This document shows positions 51,162 to 64,000 of a stretch of DNA of 64,000 bases, one piece after another. Location: contig CM120649.1 of the NCBI GenBank assembly GCA_051362555.1, positions 18,800,567 to 18,864,566 of the forward strand, in the 5' to 3' direction. Each line of letters opens with the position of its first letter. Positions within the stretch are counted from its first letter, which is position 1. The notes beneath the pieces were generated by a model. That model did no database searches and was not told where the DNA came from. It was given only the letters and a program-made list of their open reading frames with translations. The position numbers and the translations under genes were made by a program. Origin of the DNA: Lingula anatina. Taxonomy: Eukaryota; Animalia; Brachiopoda.

Positions 51162-53014
51162 GGGGGGGGGGGGGGGAAGGGGATGACCAGTGTTCCTGTA
51201 ATTCTGAATGGGTGTTTACAGGAGGTAGTAGGTGTCAAAAATAAGTCATTTCGGGTTCAGGATTTATTAGGGTTTTTCATATTGTCTTTCATTATGTATA
51301 TATTAATTTAGCCTTAAGCTGTAGGTGTATTAATATAATATTTAAAAAATTCCCTTCGTTGTTGAAAAAATACCAGATTATTTTTAATGAGAATCAATTT
51401 TCAGTAACGGGCACCATATAAAAGTCATGGAGCAGACGGTTCAAGGGTTTCATTTGAGTTATTTGATATACTTCCCCTACATAGAAGATAAAACGTAATT
51501 AAAGCGGTTTATTATGCAGGCAATAAGGTTTTGATGTGCAAAATATACGGGCAGATAGAAACTTTTGGCGCATTCACTTTATTAGATATGCGACGTCTTT
51601 GCTGTTTTGGAAACGTTTTCCTTCAGCTCTTAAACAGTAATTAAAAAACTTCAATTGAAAAATAATTCACTGATGACAATAAGAGGGGAAACAAGCCGTT
51701 GTAAGCCCACGACGGGTGTGTGTTCCGATATTTGAGTCCTCAGTTAACTTACTCCCCCTGTTACACACTTGCCTTTCTATACTGACTTTGAAGTACCTTC
51801 GTAATTTCTCTAAAAATAACATTCTATGTAGATTAAGATTCCCCCTGTCAGCAAAATAAACAGTCACTATAAGTGTAAATGTTAGTATCTGTAGGAGTAT
51901 TTCCTTATTCTTTAAATTTAAGCAGCTGTTCTCTGGCCTTGTGCGAGATTTGTGGAAAGACGAAAACCTCCATAACTATTCATCACATTACACTTGCGAT
52001 TGAGACATCGGTGCTATGTTCGTATTTAAATAAAGTTTCATCTCTGTAAACTGTTGCTGATGATGATATATGCATTGGGAAAGAACGCTTCCCTAAAACT
52101 TCAGTCCCTGTCCTTTTTTGGGGGTGAACTGACCGGGTGTTAACAGGGGTAGAGGGTGTCCCCTTTTTTTCTTTAGGGCCTAGAAAGTAAAATATGTCAG
52201 AAGCGAGAATTTTTTTAAGCATGTGTTAATTCATGGAACTCTTAGGTATGTAGTTTTGTTATATCGTCCCAAACAAAATCTACCCAGCTTTGCTGAATTA
52301 TTTGGAGCTGTTACTCAATTTTTTTCCCCTCAGGATAGATGTAATATCTAGTTTTAAGTTGTAGGTGTGTTATTGAAATATTTTGACTTACTCTATGCCA
52401 TATTGTTGAGGAAAATAATTTAATGTTCACATATTTAATGTTTTGAAGAATTTACTTTACTACAGTAAGTTAGCGTTTAGTCATGCACAATATCAGTACG
52501 CTGTTCTGGTATTACTCCAACACGTATCTTTAGATAAATTTTTCCCTTACCACAAATATGGTTAACAAAGCTACAATCGGCTAATATGACTTTTAATAAG
52601 ACACTTGACACCTATTTGCTAGGTTTTCGAAATTCAGTCTTAAGCTGTCGGTGTATTATTATGATATTTTAAAAATTCCGATCATTATTAAAAGAATCAG
52701 ATTACTTTTAATGAGAATCAATTTTCATTAACGAGTACCATATAAAATACAAGGAGCAGACGGTTCTCGGCACAGTATCGATAATGTGCAATCAGCAATA
52801 TGTCATTGGAATAAACTTACTCCATCCCTATTTTAGATAGGCCAATGAAAACGTGACACACGGAACGCGTGTAGAATTGACGTCAAAATTAATATTCATC
52901 AGAACGTTCATTGGTCGTTTACGTTCCGCCTCAATGAAAATTAAATGAACTTGAGGAGTATAAAAATCTCTGCACTGACGACTGCCAAGATAACTTGCCG
53001 AAGAACTACTCAAT

Positions 53015-54080
53015 ATGGATCGACGCCTTATGTCACTGGTCGTGGCCATGGTGCTGTTTAGCGTTGGGCCTAAGGCGACAGTAGATGGCGCTGCTACTCC
53101 CGAAGAGCTTGAAAAAAAGCTGGAACCTCATTTGGACTCCACAACACCGTTTCCAGAAGGACCAGGCGTACGTAAGTAGTAGCAAAGGGCTTAATACAGG
53201 ACGCGTTTGATTGACGATTACTGTTATGCAGGTTCATTGTGATTGCGGCAACCGAAAAATATGTTGGACGTTTTGGCATGCAAGTGCTTAACGTCCGCTA
53301 TTTGTGAAATAGAGAGGTGCTTTAAAACGAGATTAAAATATGTTCTAATCACTCACTTTCACTTTCTAATCACTTTCAATGTTTATCATTTCAGTCAAAA
53401 GGGTATTTTTTTTTTACTAAAATGAAGTATTAAATAATCTACGTATAACAGGAGAAAAATATCTATTTTACATCCGTCGGAGGCTTCAAAAAGCTATGAC
53501 CATTTCATTATCTCGAGCTTTGAAAATATCTGTTGGTGTGGGGTGGAAGCGAAACGGCATAATTGAAAAAATAATTTTCACCCTTTTCACTTTTTACGCA
53601 GCAGAGCAAGAACCTTGATTAATACTATTGCTTTAGCAATTTGAAACTAAAACACGTATTCTATGACAGATAGCATAAGGAATTAAAATTGGTTTATATT
53701 ATTGTTTTTGTTTATGTAGTTGCGGATACTGTCTGTTTGGCTCACGGCGATGTTAGGTACGACACTTTCGATCACAAAACCTTTGCGTACAACTCTCCTG
53801 TTGGTCAATACGGCGTAATGTTCTTGCCCTGGAGAGGTAACCGCACATGGGTGATGACGGAGCATGAGTTACGTAAACCAGGTGACGTGGCCACACGCAT
53901 CAAAGAAGTATACGTGAAGTTTCCAACTGATCTTTACTTCAGAGCTACATTGGGGTCGGATGTCGACTTGTTTGTGAGTCTTCTTTCTAATAATATTGAA
54001 TACAGCGAACACTTTTTGGAGCTAGCAATTTTCTACGTTCCTGATTCCACCTCTCTCTCTCTCTCTTTCTCTCTCTCTCT

Positions 54081-54117
<37 letters not shown>

Positions 54118-54559
54118 GTCAGAATTCTAAGCAAAACAATCCAGAGCCGTGGTCATTGTTATCTCTGTTCTACATTTGTAATCGAAATGTTCACAACAGA
54201 TAAGTCATTGTGTTATGCTAATATTTCTTGCATTTCGCTTACAGGTTTGGTTTGGCGGTGCATGGTTTCCCATAAGTATCCCAGACTTACCAAAAATGTA
54301 TTCCTCTTCCGATGGTGATGTTCGGATTTCTTATTATGGCATAGAAAAAACCTACGAGATTCATAGCAACATATTCCCCTACATGTTTGTTTCTGTCTAT
54401 CGGCACAGTGTTAAGATATACGCAAGCGGCTGGTGGGCCGCCGGTGGTCTAGATGCAATACGTGGTATTTGCGGGGACTTCAATGGCAACCCGGACAACG
54501 ACTGTGTTAATTTGGAGGCACCTGCTTCCTTCCAGAACTGGACACCTTTCTTAATTTGA
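53015..54559 (+). CDS. Secreted stand-alone VWD-like domain protein, paralog A (241 aa, 3 exons)
   Basis: Exons 53015-53171 (signal peptide), 53720-53973 (CLAHGDVRYDTFDHKTFAY), 54245-54559 (IRGICGDFNGNPDNDC); phases consistent; TATAAAA at ~52959. Confidence 0.88.
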
Positions 54560-55713
54560 ATCTTGGACGAATTCTGACAAAGTTTGAATGCTGACGATGA
54601 TAAAAGAGACATGAACAAGGATAAATTAAACATGAAATAGGACAAAGAAAACGTGTAGGTAAACAGAGATGACAGACCGGAGTGAAATCCATAAGAATAC
54701 GATCAATGAAAATGGGGAACGCGAACTGCAATTTCATTTAACAAAAATGCCTGATTCTTGGATCTTTATAATTAAGTCACTTTTTGATTTAATTATGCAC
54801 ATTGACATTCAATTACGGTAGAATGATTGGTCAGTTATACTGTATATGCCAATGGTGTCTTTTTTGTTGTCATGATACTAATACATTTATTTTTTTATTT
54901 ATTTTTTTTTTTGAAATAGACAGGGTGCTTATGGTAAATTATTTGTTGGGCATATAATGTATGTGGCTGTTTAATATCTTATTTTTCCATAACATGTTTA
55001 TTGGAATGTAGACTAAATTAGTATTTACATTTGATATATTCGAGGGATTCAAATTAAAACATTCTTTCAAGTAAACAATTTTGAATGGACAGAATATTTG
55101 TGGTAAGTAAATGTGATATTGAGGCAATGTTTTTAAATGTGGAATTCTTCAAGTGAGGGAAAATGGCATATATTTTTAGGTCTCAATAATTTACCTTGGT
55201 ATATACATATGTATTTATTAGTCTTAATAGGAATGTTTCTGTTCACCATATTTATGTTGGATTTTGATTGGAATGTTTCTTTAGTTATTAGTTATAGCGA
55301 AGGACTGGTTTATTTCCTGTTCCACATTATTTTGCCAAGGCGGGGAGCTTATGTGTGTATAACATATACGAGTTTATGGTGTTTATTTTTATTCAAACGT
55401 AGACATAATTATTAATTATTGTATGACATATAAGAGGGATTTAAATTTAAAACTTCAATCAAATGTAACAATCTTTAATGCATGAACGTGTTAAGTGAGA
55501 GGGTTAGAGAGATATTCTGAAGTTCTGTGTGCTAATTTCTAATATTTAAAATGAGCGAAATGATAAAAAAGATTGTGTTTATTAATGAAGTCTTGGTCAT
55601 TTCTTTCTTTTAGCTTTGCTTAATCTTGAATAAAGGAGGTTAAAAAGTTGTTGATGGCATTCCTTACTTGTAAAGGAAATTGTTGAAAAAAGGAAGTTGC
55701 AGCTACAGTGTAA

Positions 55714-55892
55714 GGGACCGTTCACATGCAAAATCTATTTTCTAAAAATCTATTTTCTATTTGCGGTATCTTGTGATCACGGTCTGTGCCCTGAATACCC
55801 CGCGGCGTAATTACTGGCAGCGCGAGCCAGTTTCTTCCAAAGCTGTAATTAATTCTCGGCTGCGCTCGGAGTCGGAATTTTCATGTGAACGG
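55714..55892. mobile_element. Second, internally deleted copy of the Tourist-like MITE
   Basis: Near-identical to 28597-28755, then ttttcatgtgaacgg; absent from the paralogous site at ~63300. Confidence 0.85.
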
Positions 55893-56017
55893 AGTCTATG
55901 TTACAATAAGAAAAATGATAACTGCCCTCATGATCAACAGTAGCCATGCAACGCGTGGTCATGGAAAGTGACCCCATCGGTGCTCTGATTTTCAAAATGA
56001 CCACGAACGGTCATGGC

Positions 56018-56063
<46 letters not shown>
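56018..56063. repeat. (ATA)n microsatellite
   Basis: Visible run; the paralogous site 63426-63497 carries (AAC)n(AAT)n. Confidence 0.9.
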
Positions 56064-56066
<3 letters not shown>

Positions 56067-57183
56067 ATGACCTTTTGAAAAAATTAAAAGTAACGCTGTA
56101 CTGGGAGATGCGGTGGACAAGAGTGGCACAGTGGGAGAGTGGACGATCATAGGGTAAAAATAATGCCGCATGTGGTATATTTACCGGTTCATTGGGGGTC
56201 GGGGGGGGGGGAGAGGAGGCACCGTCGGAGGGTGCCACAGGGTTATTTGAATGGGGGGGGGGGGAGGGTACGCGGATGCAAAGCCAACCCTCAACCCCTC
56301 TCCTTTAGCGTGGGTTAAGGACCCCAAAATTTTGGTATTGTAGAGTGTGAACGGTGTTATTTGGTACGGTGACTCCGCTAGTCAAAATTGTAATGTCAAG
56401 TGTAATTTTTTTCCAGAAATTGAAGGGGGGAGGGGGTCAGGACCATTCTGACCCATCTGCCCCCCCCCCCCCTGTACCCGCCACTGTGCCGTGGGTGAAA
56501 GAGTTTGATTCAGTTGGTCAGCAAATTTACACATGACGATATTTAATTGAAACCGCCCGCTCCCTCCTTGCATCAAAGTCTACCTCAGCAAATTGCAATT
56601 GTGCTGCATCCCAATCAGTCAACGCCAACAGACTCCGCAGTACGACATCTGATTGTGTTGTTTGTGCGAAATTAGGAATATAACCATTTGCACCACATTA
56701 AGAGGTTGATTAACGTTGATTTATCAATATCTCAAACTGACTTCGGGCCTTTTTGAAATGTGATCAAAATGGCCCTCGAAAACGAGTGCGTCCAAATTTT
56801 GTCCTGCTACTGTAAATCATACTATTTTAAGACTAATTTAGGCCGATGTCACAACAGCTGATCCGTAGACTAACTAATACATGTATGGCCTACTCCCCTT
56901 GAAAGCAATGTTGCATAATCCCCGAATGGTCTCCCCTACTACCACACGCGCCAAGTCGGAACTCCTATAAGAACTTCTGTGAACTTTGTCGTTGGATCTC
57001 AGAAATGCTGTTTGAGCAGGTAAAATCCAAAATGACCACCAAAACATAATGGAAAATACAAAGAAAGCTGAAAATTATTGGGTCTGTCAACTTGATGAAT
57101 GAAATTTACACATATCTCAGTAAAATGATATACCTGCATTTCAAGCATACAACAAAATAAAAATAAAACAGTTTATCTTTATT

Positions 57184-57231
<48 letters not shown>

Positions 57232-58390
57232 TACATATGACTAAACCAATGGACCGTTGGTTCTATTGTTTGACTTATGGGAGTGACAAGTGTTGACTCA
57301 TAAAGTAATCTGTTGTATTTAAACAAGTGATAGGAAATTCCGCCCCTTATTCCATGATGGGGCCCAGCAACTAAACCCCAGAGCCGAGATTTGGTACATA
57401 GCAACACGAGTCGTCGGTTTTGAAGTGTGGTCAGCAATAATTGGCCGGCGGATCAGTTAGTCCTCGGATCATCTATTCTGAATGGGCCAATGATAAATTG
57501 GCGGCGTTCACAACCAAAGCTGATATGTAGACTAACAAATTATATGTTCAAAAATGGCCGACTCACTTGAAAGCCTACCGCGTAATCCCCGTGGGGAATC
57601 TTTTCAATGTCTTTTAAGGCATTATGCAGCAAGCTTTCAGGTTGGTCGGCCATGTTGGATCAGCAGGATTTGTTAGTCCGCGGATCATCTTGCTCTGCAT
57701 TCACCCATTAATTGATGCTCGAAAAAATGTATAATGAGATAAGAACATAATCATGTATTAGGTATTTTTTAAAGATTTGAATGTAAAAACCTGTATTTCA
57801 AGGTATGTAATTGTATAAATAGGATCTGTGTTTATTTCATTCACTTAATAATGAGAAAAATCAACCTTGCATGTACATGTACATACACATATGAAACACT
57901 AAAAATCTACACGGTGAACAGAGCTGCAACGTTCAGCTGAACTGCTATCAGCTTCACAGTTAATATTCCCTGACCACAAATAGGCGAGCAAAGTCAAAGG
58001 TAGCTTTTATGGTTTAATAAACTGCATGGTACTGCTGTGTTCGATTTCATCAATTTTCCAGCAAAGGACCTCAACAAAGGATCTTCAAAGGATAATACAG
58101 ACCTTTTTGGAGAAATATATTTTAATATGTTTGAACACAAGTGGTGTAAATGGCCATGGGGGTGACATGGATAGAAATGTTGAAGAAATGTACCTCAGAC
58201 AGGGATGTTTTGATGGAGAGACAGGTGTTGAGCAGGAGACTGAAATGTGGACAGATAATAAAACACTCACACGTAGTAAGGGTGATGTTACTGAGCCATC
58301 TGAGGCACAATAAGTCACATGGATCGACATTTAAGACATTGGGTTTAGTTAGACATTTGAAACTAGACCAGGTGTGACAAGAATGTTATC

Positions 58391-58470
58391 CTGCTAGGAA
58401 CCTTAGTCGGCTAGGAACCGTAGTCTGCTGGGAACCGTAGTCTGCTAGGAACCGTTGTCTGCTGGGAACC
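58391..58470. repeat. 17-bp minisatellite, about 5 copies
   Basis: ctgct(a/g)ggaaccgtagt repeated; a single copy at ~50171 in copy A. Confidence 0.8.
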
Positions 58471-58722
58471 ATGAGTGAAGCTGTAAGTATAGACTGTAAA
58501 GGGAAGCAATGTTGAAATACGTGTAGGGAGGTTTTTTAAAGTAAACTGATTGCTAGGGGGCAACAATTAAAAGGAATGTAATAACTGGTTTCGATATCTA
58601 TATATTGACGTCGTCGTGAGAAACATAAAATATACAGTGAAAAGATGGGGCGACCGACATAATAAGATAACATGCCCATTGCCAAGGGGATCGAATTTAC
58701 CTATATTTACATATTTCGGTGA

Positions 58723-58891
58723 GGCCGCATTCACAACTGCGGTCCAACTAGTCCGCGGATCAAATATGGCTGTCTCACTTCAATGCTGGTTGCGTTTTCC
58801 CCCAGGGAAAATCTATTCACTGTCTATTAGGCGATTAGACGGCAAGATATACATTGGCCGGCTTATTTCATCCGCTGTTGTGAATGCGACC
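58723..58891. mobile_element. Small MITE
   Basis: TIR ggccgcattcacaac / gttgtgaatgcgacc; core resembles the palindromic elements at ~49337-49450 and ~57527-57680. Confidence 0.6.
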
Positions 58892-59570
58892 TACAATGGA
58901 TGCCAACAATCACATTAAAATATAGAATATAAGAAATGTATGCTTTTGTGGAATCAGTCCTGACACACGCTCGTTATTTGAAATATTTCTAGTGCTATCC
59001 GTATGCCTTAGATAAGAAATTACCAGTTTTCCAAATAGCAGTGTTTCATTTGACGTATTCAATGAAATTCTCCAATACAGAAGATAGAACGTAATTAAAG
59101 CGATTTATTATGCAGGCAATGAGGATTTGATTTGCAAAACATACGGGCAAAAAGAAACTTGTGGCGCATTCAGTACATTAGATATGCGACGTCTTTGATT
59201 TTTCCCCCGCATTTAACCTTGGCTCCTAAACAGTAATTAAAAAGCTTCAGATGGAAAATGATTCAGTGATGGCAATAAATAGAAAACATGATTGCTTTGT
59301 CACCAGTCCACGGCGGGTGTGTCATGCGATATATTGAGTCCACTCTCAAATAACTAACTCCCCCAGTCGATTAAATTCCATCTGGTACTCACATGTATTT
59401 TAGTCGCTTTTCATTTTATACTGACTTTTTCGTACCTTCGTAATCCTTCTTCGTAATCCTTCTTTTTAAAAATATAACATTCTATATAGATTTAGATCCA
59501 CCGGCCAGCATAATAAACTGTTTATACACATACAGTATATGCTTTAACATAAGAAATCTTATGTATGTAA

Positions 59571-59786
59571 CAGTGGCGAGTTTAAAGGGGGGTCAGGGGA
59601 GTCCTGCCCCCCCCCCCCTTCGATTTCTGGTCCCCTCTTGAAAATTTTTTTTGATTACTTGAATCATAGTTTTAAACCGTACCAAACGGCACCGTTCGCT
59701 CTCTAAAATACCAAAAGTTTTCGGGGCCCTTCCGCTGGGGGGAGGATCCGCCGACCCCCCTTCAAATAATCCTGGATCCGCCCCTG
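59571..59786. mobile_element. GC-rich MITE (CAGTGGCG...CGCCCCTG type)
   Basis: Imperfect TIR cagtggcg / cgcccctg with G/C tracts; not present at the matching position in copy A. Confidence 0.6.
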
Positions 59787-60775
59787 CGTAAGTATCCACA
59801 GAGCGTCAGGAGCAGGTGCCAATTCTTTCTATTCAAACAGCTGTTATCTGACCTTGTGTAAGGTTGTGAAAGACGATAGCCTCTTCACTGTATTACACAT
59901 GCGATTGCGACGTCAGTGGTATGTTCATATTTTAATACAAGTCTCATCCCCACTAGCTGGTACTGATGATGATTTATGCATTGGGGAAAAAGCTTCAGTT
60001 CCAGTCCTCTTCTGGGGTGTGGCTCGAGTGTGTGTGAACTGACCTGTGTCCTACATTGTACTAATTCTGAATGGGTGTTAACAGGGGGTAGTGGTCTCGA
60101 GAATAAAAGTCCATTTTTCATCAGGACCTGGAAGGTAAAATATGATAAAAAGCGAGTTTTTTTTAAAGCATGGGTGTCTTTACAGAACTTTCAAGTATTA
60201 TTATGCAATATTGTTCCAAAACAATTCTTATAGTTTTGCTGAATCATTCGGAGCTGTCACATAGCTTTCACTCGGCATAGATGCAAAATTTGAACTAGTT
60301 TAAAATTGTACGTGTTTTTATGAAATATTTTGGTGTATTGGACCATATTAATGAGAAAAATAATTCAACTTTCATCTATTAAATATTTTGAAAAGTTTAG
60401 CTTTTGTAAGCGTTCAGTTTAAATGCTATCAGCTTCGTAGATATTTGCACTGTAGTACATTTCAATAAAAGTACACTGTTCTGGTTTTACGCCTGTAAAT
60501 ACAGGTTATTCTGTCTGTCTCCAAGGTTTTTTGACTGGTGTACGGGCAGAAATATTCCGTTGTAATAAAATTTTAACTCCGCCCCTTTTCTAGAAAGGCC
60601 AATGAAAACGTGACACACGGGATATATGTAAAATTGACGCCAGAATTAATATTCATCAAAACGTCCATTAGTCGAATCTGTTCCGCTTCAATGAAAATTT
60701 AATGAACTTGAGAAGTATAGAAATCTCTGCACTGACGACAACTGCCAAGAGAACTTGCCGAAAGAACTACTCATT

Positions 60776-61809
60776 ATGGATCGACACCTTATGTCACTGG
60801 CCGTGGCCATGGTGCTGGTTTATGTTGGGCCTAGGGCGACAGTAGTTGGTGCTGCTACTCCCGAACAGCTTGAAAAAAGGCTGGCCGGTCATTTGGTCAA
60901 CGAACCATTGCCAACAGGACCAGGCGTACGTAAGTAGTAGCAACAGGATGAAGCCAGGACGCGTTTGATTGCCGACTAAAACGCAACGTATAATTACAGT
61001 AGGCCACTACTACTGTTATCCAGCGTTCACTGCGACGACCAGATAACATGTGGCGTTTTTGTATGGCAAGCAAGTGCGAAATGTACGCTATTATGTGTAT
61101 ACAGAGTACGTTAAAACGAGATTAAAATGTGTTTTAATCACTCAAGGTATCACTGTAGTCAATAGGGTATTCTCTGTGGCTAAATTGAACTCAGCCAAAG
61201 GAAAAATAAAAACATTTCTAACGCAAGTAAAAATAAATGTCTTTTACACCCATCGGAGGTTTCAAAAGGCTAAGACCATTCTGAAAATATCTGATCATAT
61301 TGGGTGGAGGCGGAACAGCATAATAGAAAAAACATTTTCACCTATTTTACTTTTTGCGCAACAGAACAAGAACCTTGATTAAAACTATTGCTTTAGCTAT
61401 TCGAAGCTAAAACACGTATTCACTGACACAGAGTATAATGTATTTAAACTTGGAATTTCTTGTTTATATCATTGTTTTTTCTTATGTAGTTGCCAATTCC
61501 GTCTGTTTGGCACGCGGCGATGTTAGGTACAACACTTTCGATCACAGACCCTTTGCGTACAACTCTCCTGTTGATCAATACGGCGTTATGTTCCTGCCCT
61601 GGAGTGGTAACAGAACGTGGGTGCTTACGGAGCATGAGTTAAGAAAATCAAATGCCACGCGCATTAAAGTAGTATACGTGAAGTGCCCAACTGACACCTA
61701 CTTCATGGCCATATTGGGGGCGGTTATCAAGTTGTTTGTGAGTCATCTTTCCAGTATAATTTTCAATACAGCGAACACTTTTTGAACCAAGCAGTTTGTC
61801 GCGTCTCTT

Positions 61810-61843
<34 letters not shown>

Positions 61844-61941
61844 GTCAGAATTGTAAACTAAAGCAAAGCAATCCAGAGCCAGGGTCATTGTTATCTATGT
61901 TCTCCATTTGTATTCACAATGTTCACAACTCATAAGTCATT

Positions 61942-62035
<94 letters not shown>

Positions 62036-62366
62036 TATTCTTGCATTTCGCTTCCAGTATTGGGGTGGCGATGCATGGGTTCCTATCAATCTCGCAGACG
62101 TACCAGGAGTTTTCCCCCCTCCCGCTGGAACCGCTTGGGTTTATGCTGCAATGAAAAAGTTCAGGATAGACTGCAGAATGGACACATACATGTTCGCCCT
62201 TGTTTATCTGCACAGTGTCAGGATATACGCGAGCGGTCAGTGGGCCGCCGGTGGCCCTCATGCAATACGTGGCATTTGCGGGGACTTCAATGGCAACCCG
62301 GACAACGACTGTGTTGATTTGGAGGCACCTCCTCCTCTCCCGGCCTGGAAACCTTTCTTAATTTGA
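60776..62366 (+). CDS. Secreted stand-alone VWD-like domain protein, paralog B (236 aa, 3 exons)
   Basis: Exons 60776-60929, 61490-61737 (CLARGDVRYNTFDHRPFAY), 62058-62366 (IRGICGDFNGNPDNDC); same exon phases as paralog A. Confidence 0.88.
61943..62031. repeat. Compound (CT)n(AT)n microsatellite in intron 2 of paralog B
   Basis: Visible run immediately before the splice acceptor; absent at the equivalent position in paralog A. Confidence 0.9.
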
Positions 62367-63427
62367 ATCCTGGACGAATAAAGTCAATATCTGAATGTGG
62401 ACGATGACAAAAACGACGCGAGCAAGGACAAACGAAACATGAAAAAGGACAAAGATAACGTTTAGGTAAACAAAGACAACAAATTGGACTGAAACCGATA
62501 AGAATACTGACAGCTGAAAATGGGGAACGCAAACTGCAATTTCACTTATTTTCCTGATTATTCGAAGTTTGTGGATAAGATACTGTTTCCTTCAACTATG
62601 TATATTGACATTCGATTACGGTAGAATGATTGGTCAGTTATATATGCCGTAGTTTTTTTTTCATGTCTTGATATTTATACATTAATTTTTTAGTAATAGA
62701 CGAGGTGCTTATGGCAAATTATATGTTGCGCATATAATGTATGTTTTTGTAACATCTTATTTTTTCCATAACATATGTATATATGTAGACTAAATTGGTA
62801 TTCGCATTTGATATATTACAGTGACTCAAATGAAAACATCCTTCCTATTAATCAATTTTGAATGGACAGAATATTTATGCTAAGTAAACGTAATGTTTTG
62901 AGACACTGTTTTCAAATTTGGTATTCTTCAAGTGAGCGAATTGATAGAAAATTGTGTATTTTTTATGTCTCAATTATTTACCTTGGTGACTTAATTATTA
63001 TTCTTTTGTTCTTTTATGATATATAAGAGGGACTTAAATTTTAAATATTCTATTCAAATGTTACAATCTTTAATGCATGGGATGGATATATATGTTAAGT
63101 GAGAGGGTAAGAGAGATATTCTGAAGTTCTGTTTGCATATTTCAAATATTTTAAATGAGCAAAATGATAAAAAATATTGTGTATGTCGTTAAAATTTCTT
63201 TCTTTTAGCTATGCTTAATTTTGAATAAAGAAGGTTCAAGAAGTTATTGATGGCATTCCTTACTTGTAAATGAAATTGTTGAAAAAAAAGGAAGTTACAG
63301 CTATGTTTCAATAAGAGAATTGTTAACTGCCTTATAATCAACAACAATCATGCAACGCGTGTATAATGGAAAGTGACCCCATCGGCGCTCTGATTTTCAA
63401 ATTGACCACGAACGGTCAGGGCAAAAT

Positions 63428-63500
<73 letters not shown>

Positions 63501-64000
63501 TTTTGAAAAAAAAATTACATAAAATGTGGGAGAGTCGACTCTCCCGCATGCGGTATAATCATTGAAGTCCTGGGGAAAGGGAAGGCACCGTCGGAGATTG
63601 CCAAGGACGAAGGCATTTGATTTGGTTGGTCAGCAAATTTACACATGAAGGTATTTAACTGAAACCGCCCCCTCCCTTCCCGCATTAAACTCTACATCAG
63701 CAAATTGCAATTGTGCTGCAGCCCAATCAGTCACCGCCAACAGACTCCGCAACTGCAGATCGCCCTTTAATTGTGTTGTTTGTGCAAAATTAGAAATACC
63801 ATTATTTGCACCACGCCAGGAAGTTGATTAACGTTGATTTATCAATATCTCAAACTGACTTCAGGCTTTTTTGAAATGTGATCGAGTTGAGTGATAAAGA
63901 TGGTGAAATCGATTGCGTCCTGCTACAGACTAACGAATATGGCCAACCCCTCTTGAAAGCAATTTCGCACAATCCCCGAATGGTCTCCCATTCGGATAGA

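Larger units (their letters stand above)
49337..56935 (+). repeat. Tandem segmental duplication, copy A
   Basis: Colinear with 57527-63989 across upstream, exon, intron and downstream sequence (e.g. gtagactaacaaatt, gaaactagaccaggtgtgaca, aatccccgaatggtctccc). Confidence 0.9.
57527..63989 (+). repeat. Tandem segmental duplication, copy B
   Basis: Colinear with 49337-56935, with copy-specific indels and MITE insertions. Confidence 0.9.

Noticed and set aside
50790-51660. ~190-bp direct repeats as LTRs of a small retroelement
   Set aside because: No TG..CA ends, PBS, PPT or TSD seen; copy B has one unit, so a local duplication is simpler
49337-63989. Haplotype-duplication assembly artefact
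   Set aside because: The copies differ by many substitutions, indels and independent MITE insertions, more than expected for alleles, though not formally excluded

Overview
AT-rich, intron-containing animal genomic DNA, probably from a lophotrochozoan-type invertebrate (the organism cannot be fixed from sequence). Left to right: (1) the 5' 12 coding exons of a Rubicon (RUBCN) gene on the minus strand, head-to-head with a 4-exon gene for an uncharacterised multi-pass membrane protein, with a nested foldback MITE between them. (2) A Helentron-type non-autonomous element carrying a 146-bp tandem array. (3) A 5-exon secreted VWA + C-type lectin gene. (4) A complete 16.6-kb Polinton/Maverick (adintovirus-like) endogenous virus at 31580-48190, with AGTAGT termini, TIRs and a perfect 6-bp TSD (CAAGAT). 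It encodes pPolB, integrase, major and minor capsid proteins, adenain and a packaging ATPase; pPolB and MCP are each frameshifted. Its cargo is unusual: a phage-like SLOG/DprA-fold protein, a single-BIR IAP-like protein, a PC4-like/Cys-His protein, an acidic repeat peptide and a candidate multi-intron gene. (5) A ~7-8 kb tandem segmental duplication, each copy with a 3-exon gene for a small secreted stand-alone VWD-like protein. All family assignments come from motif recognition by eye; no database searches were run.
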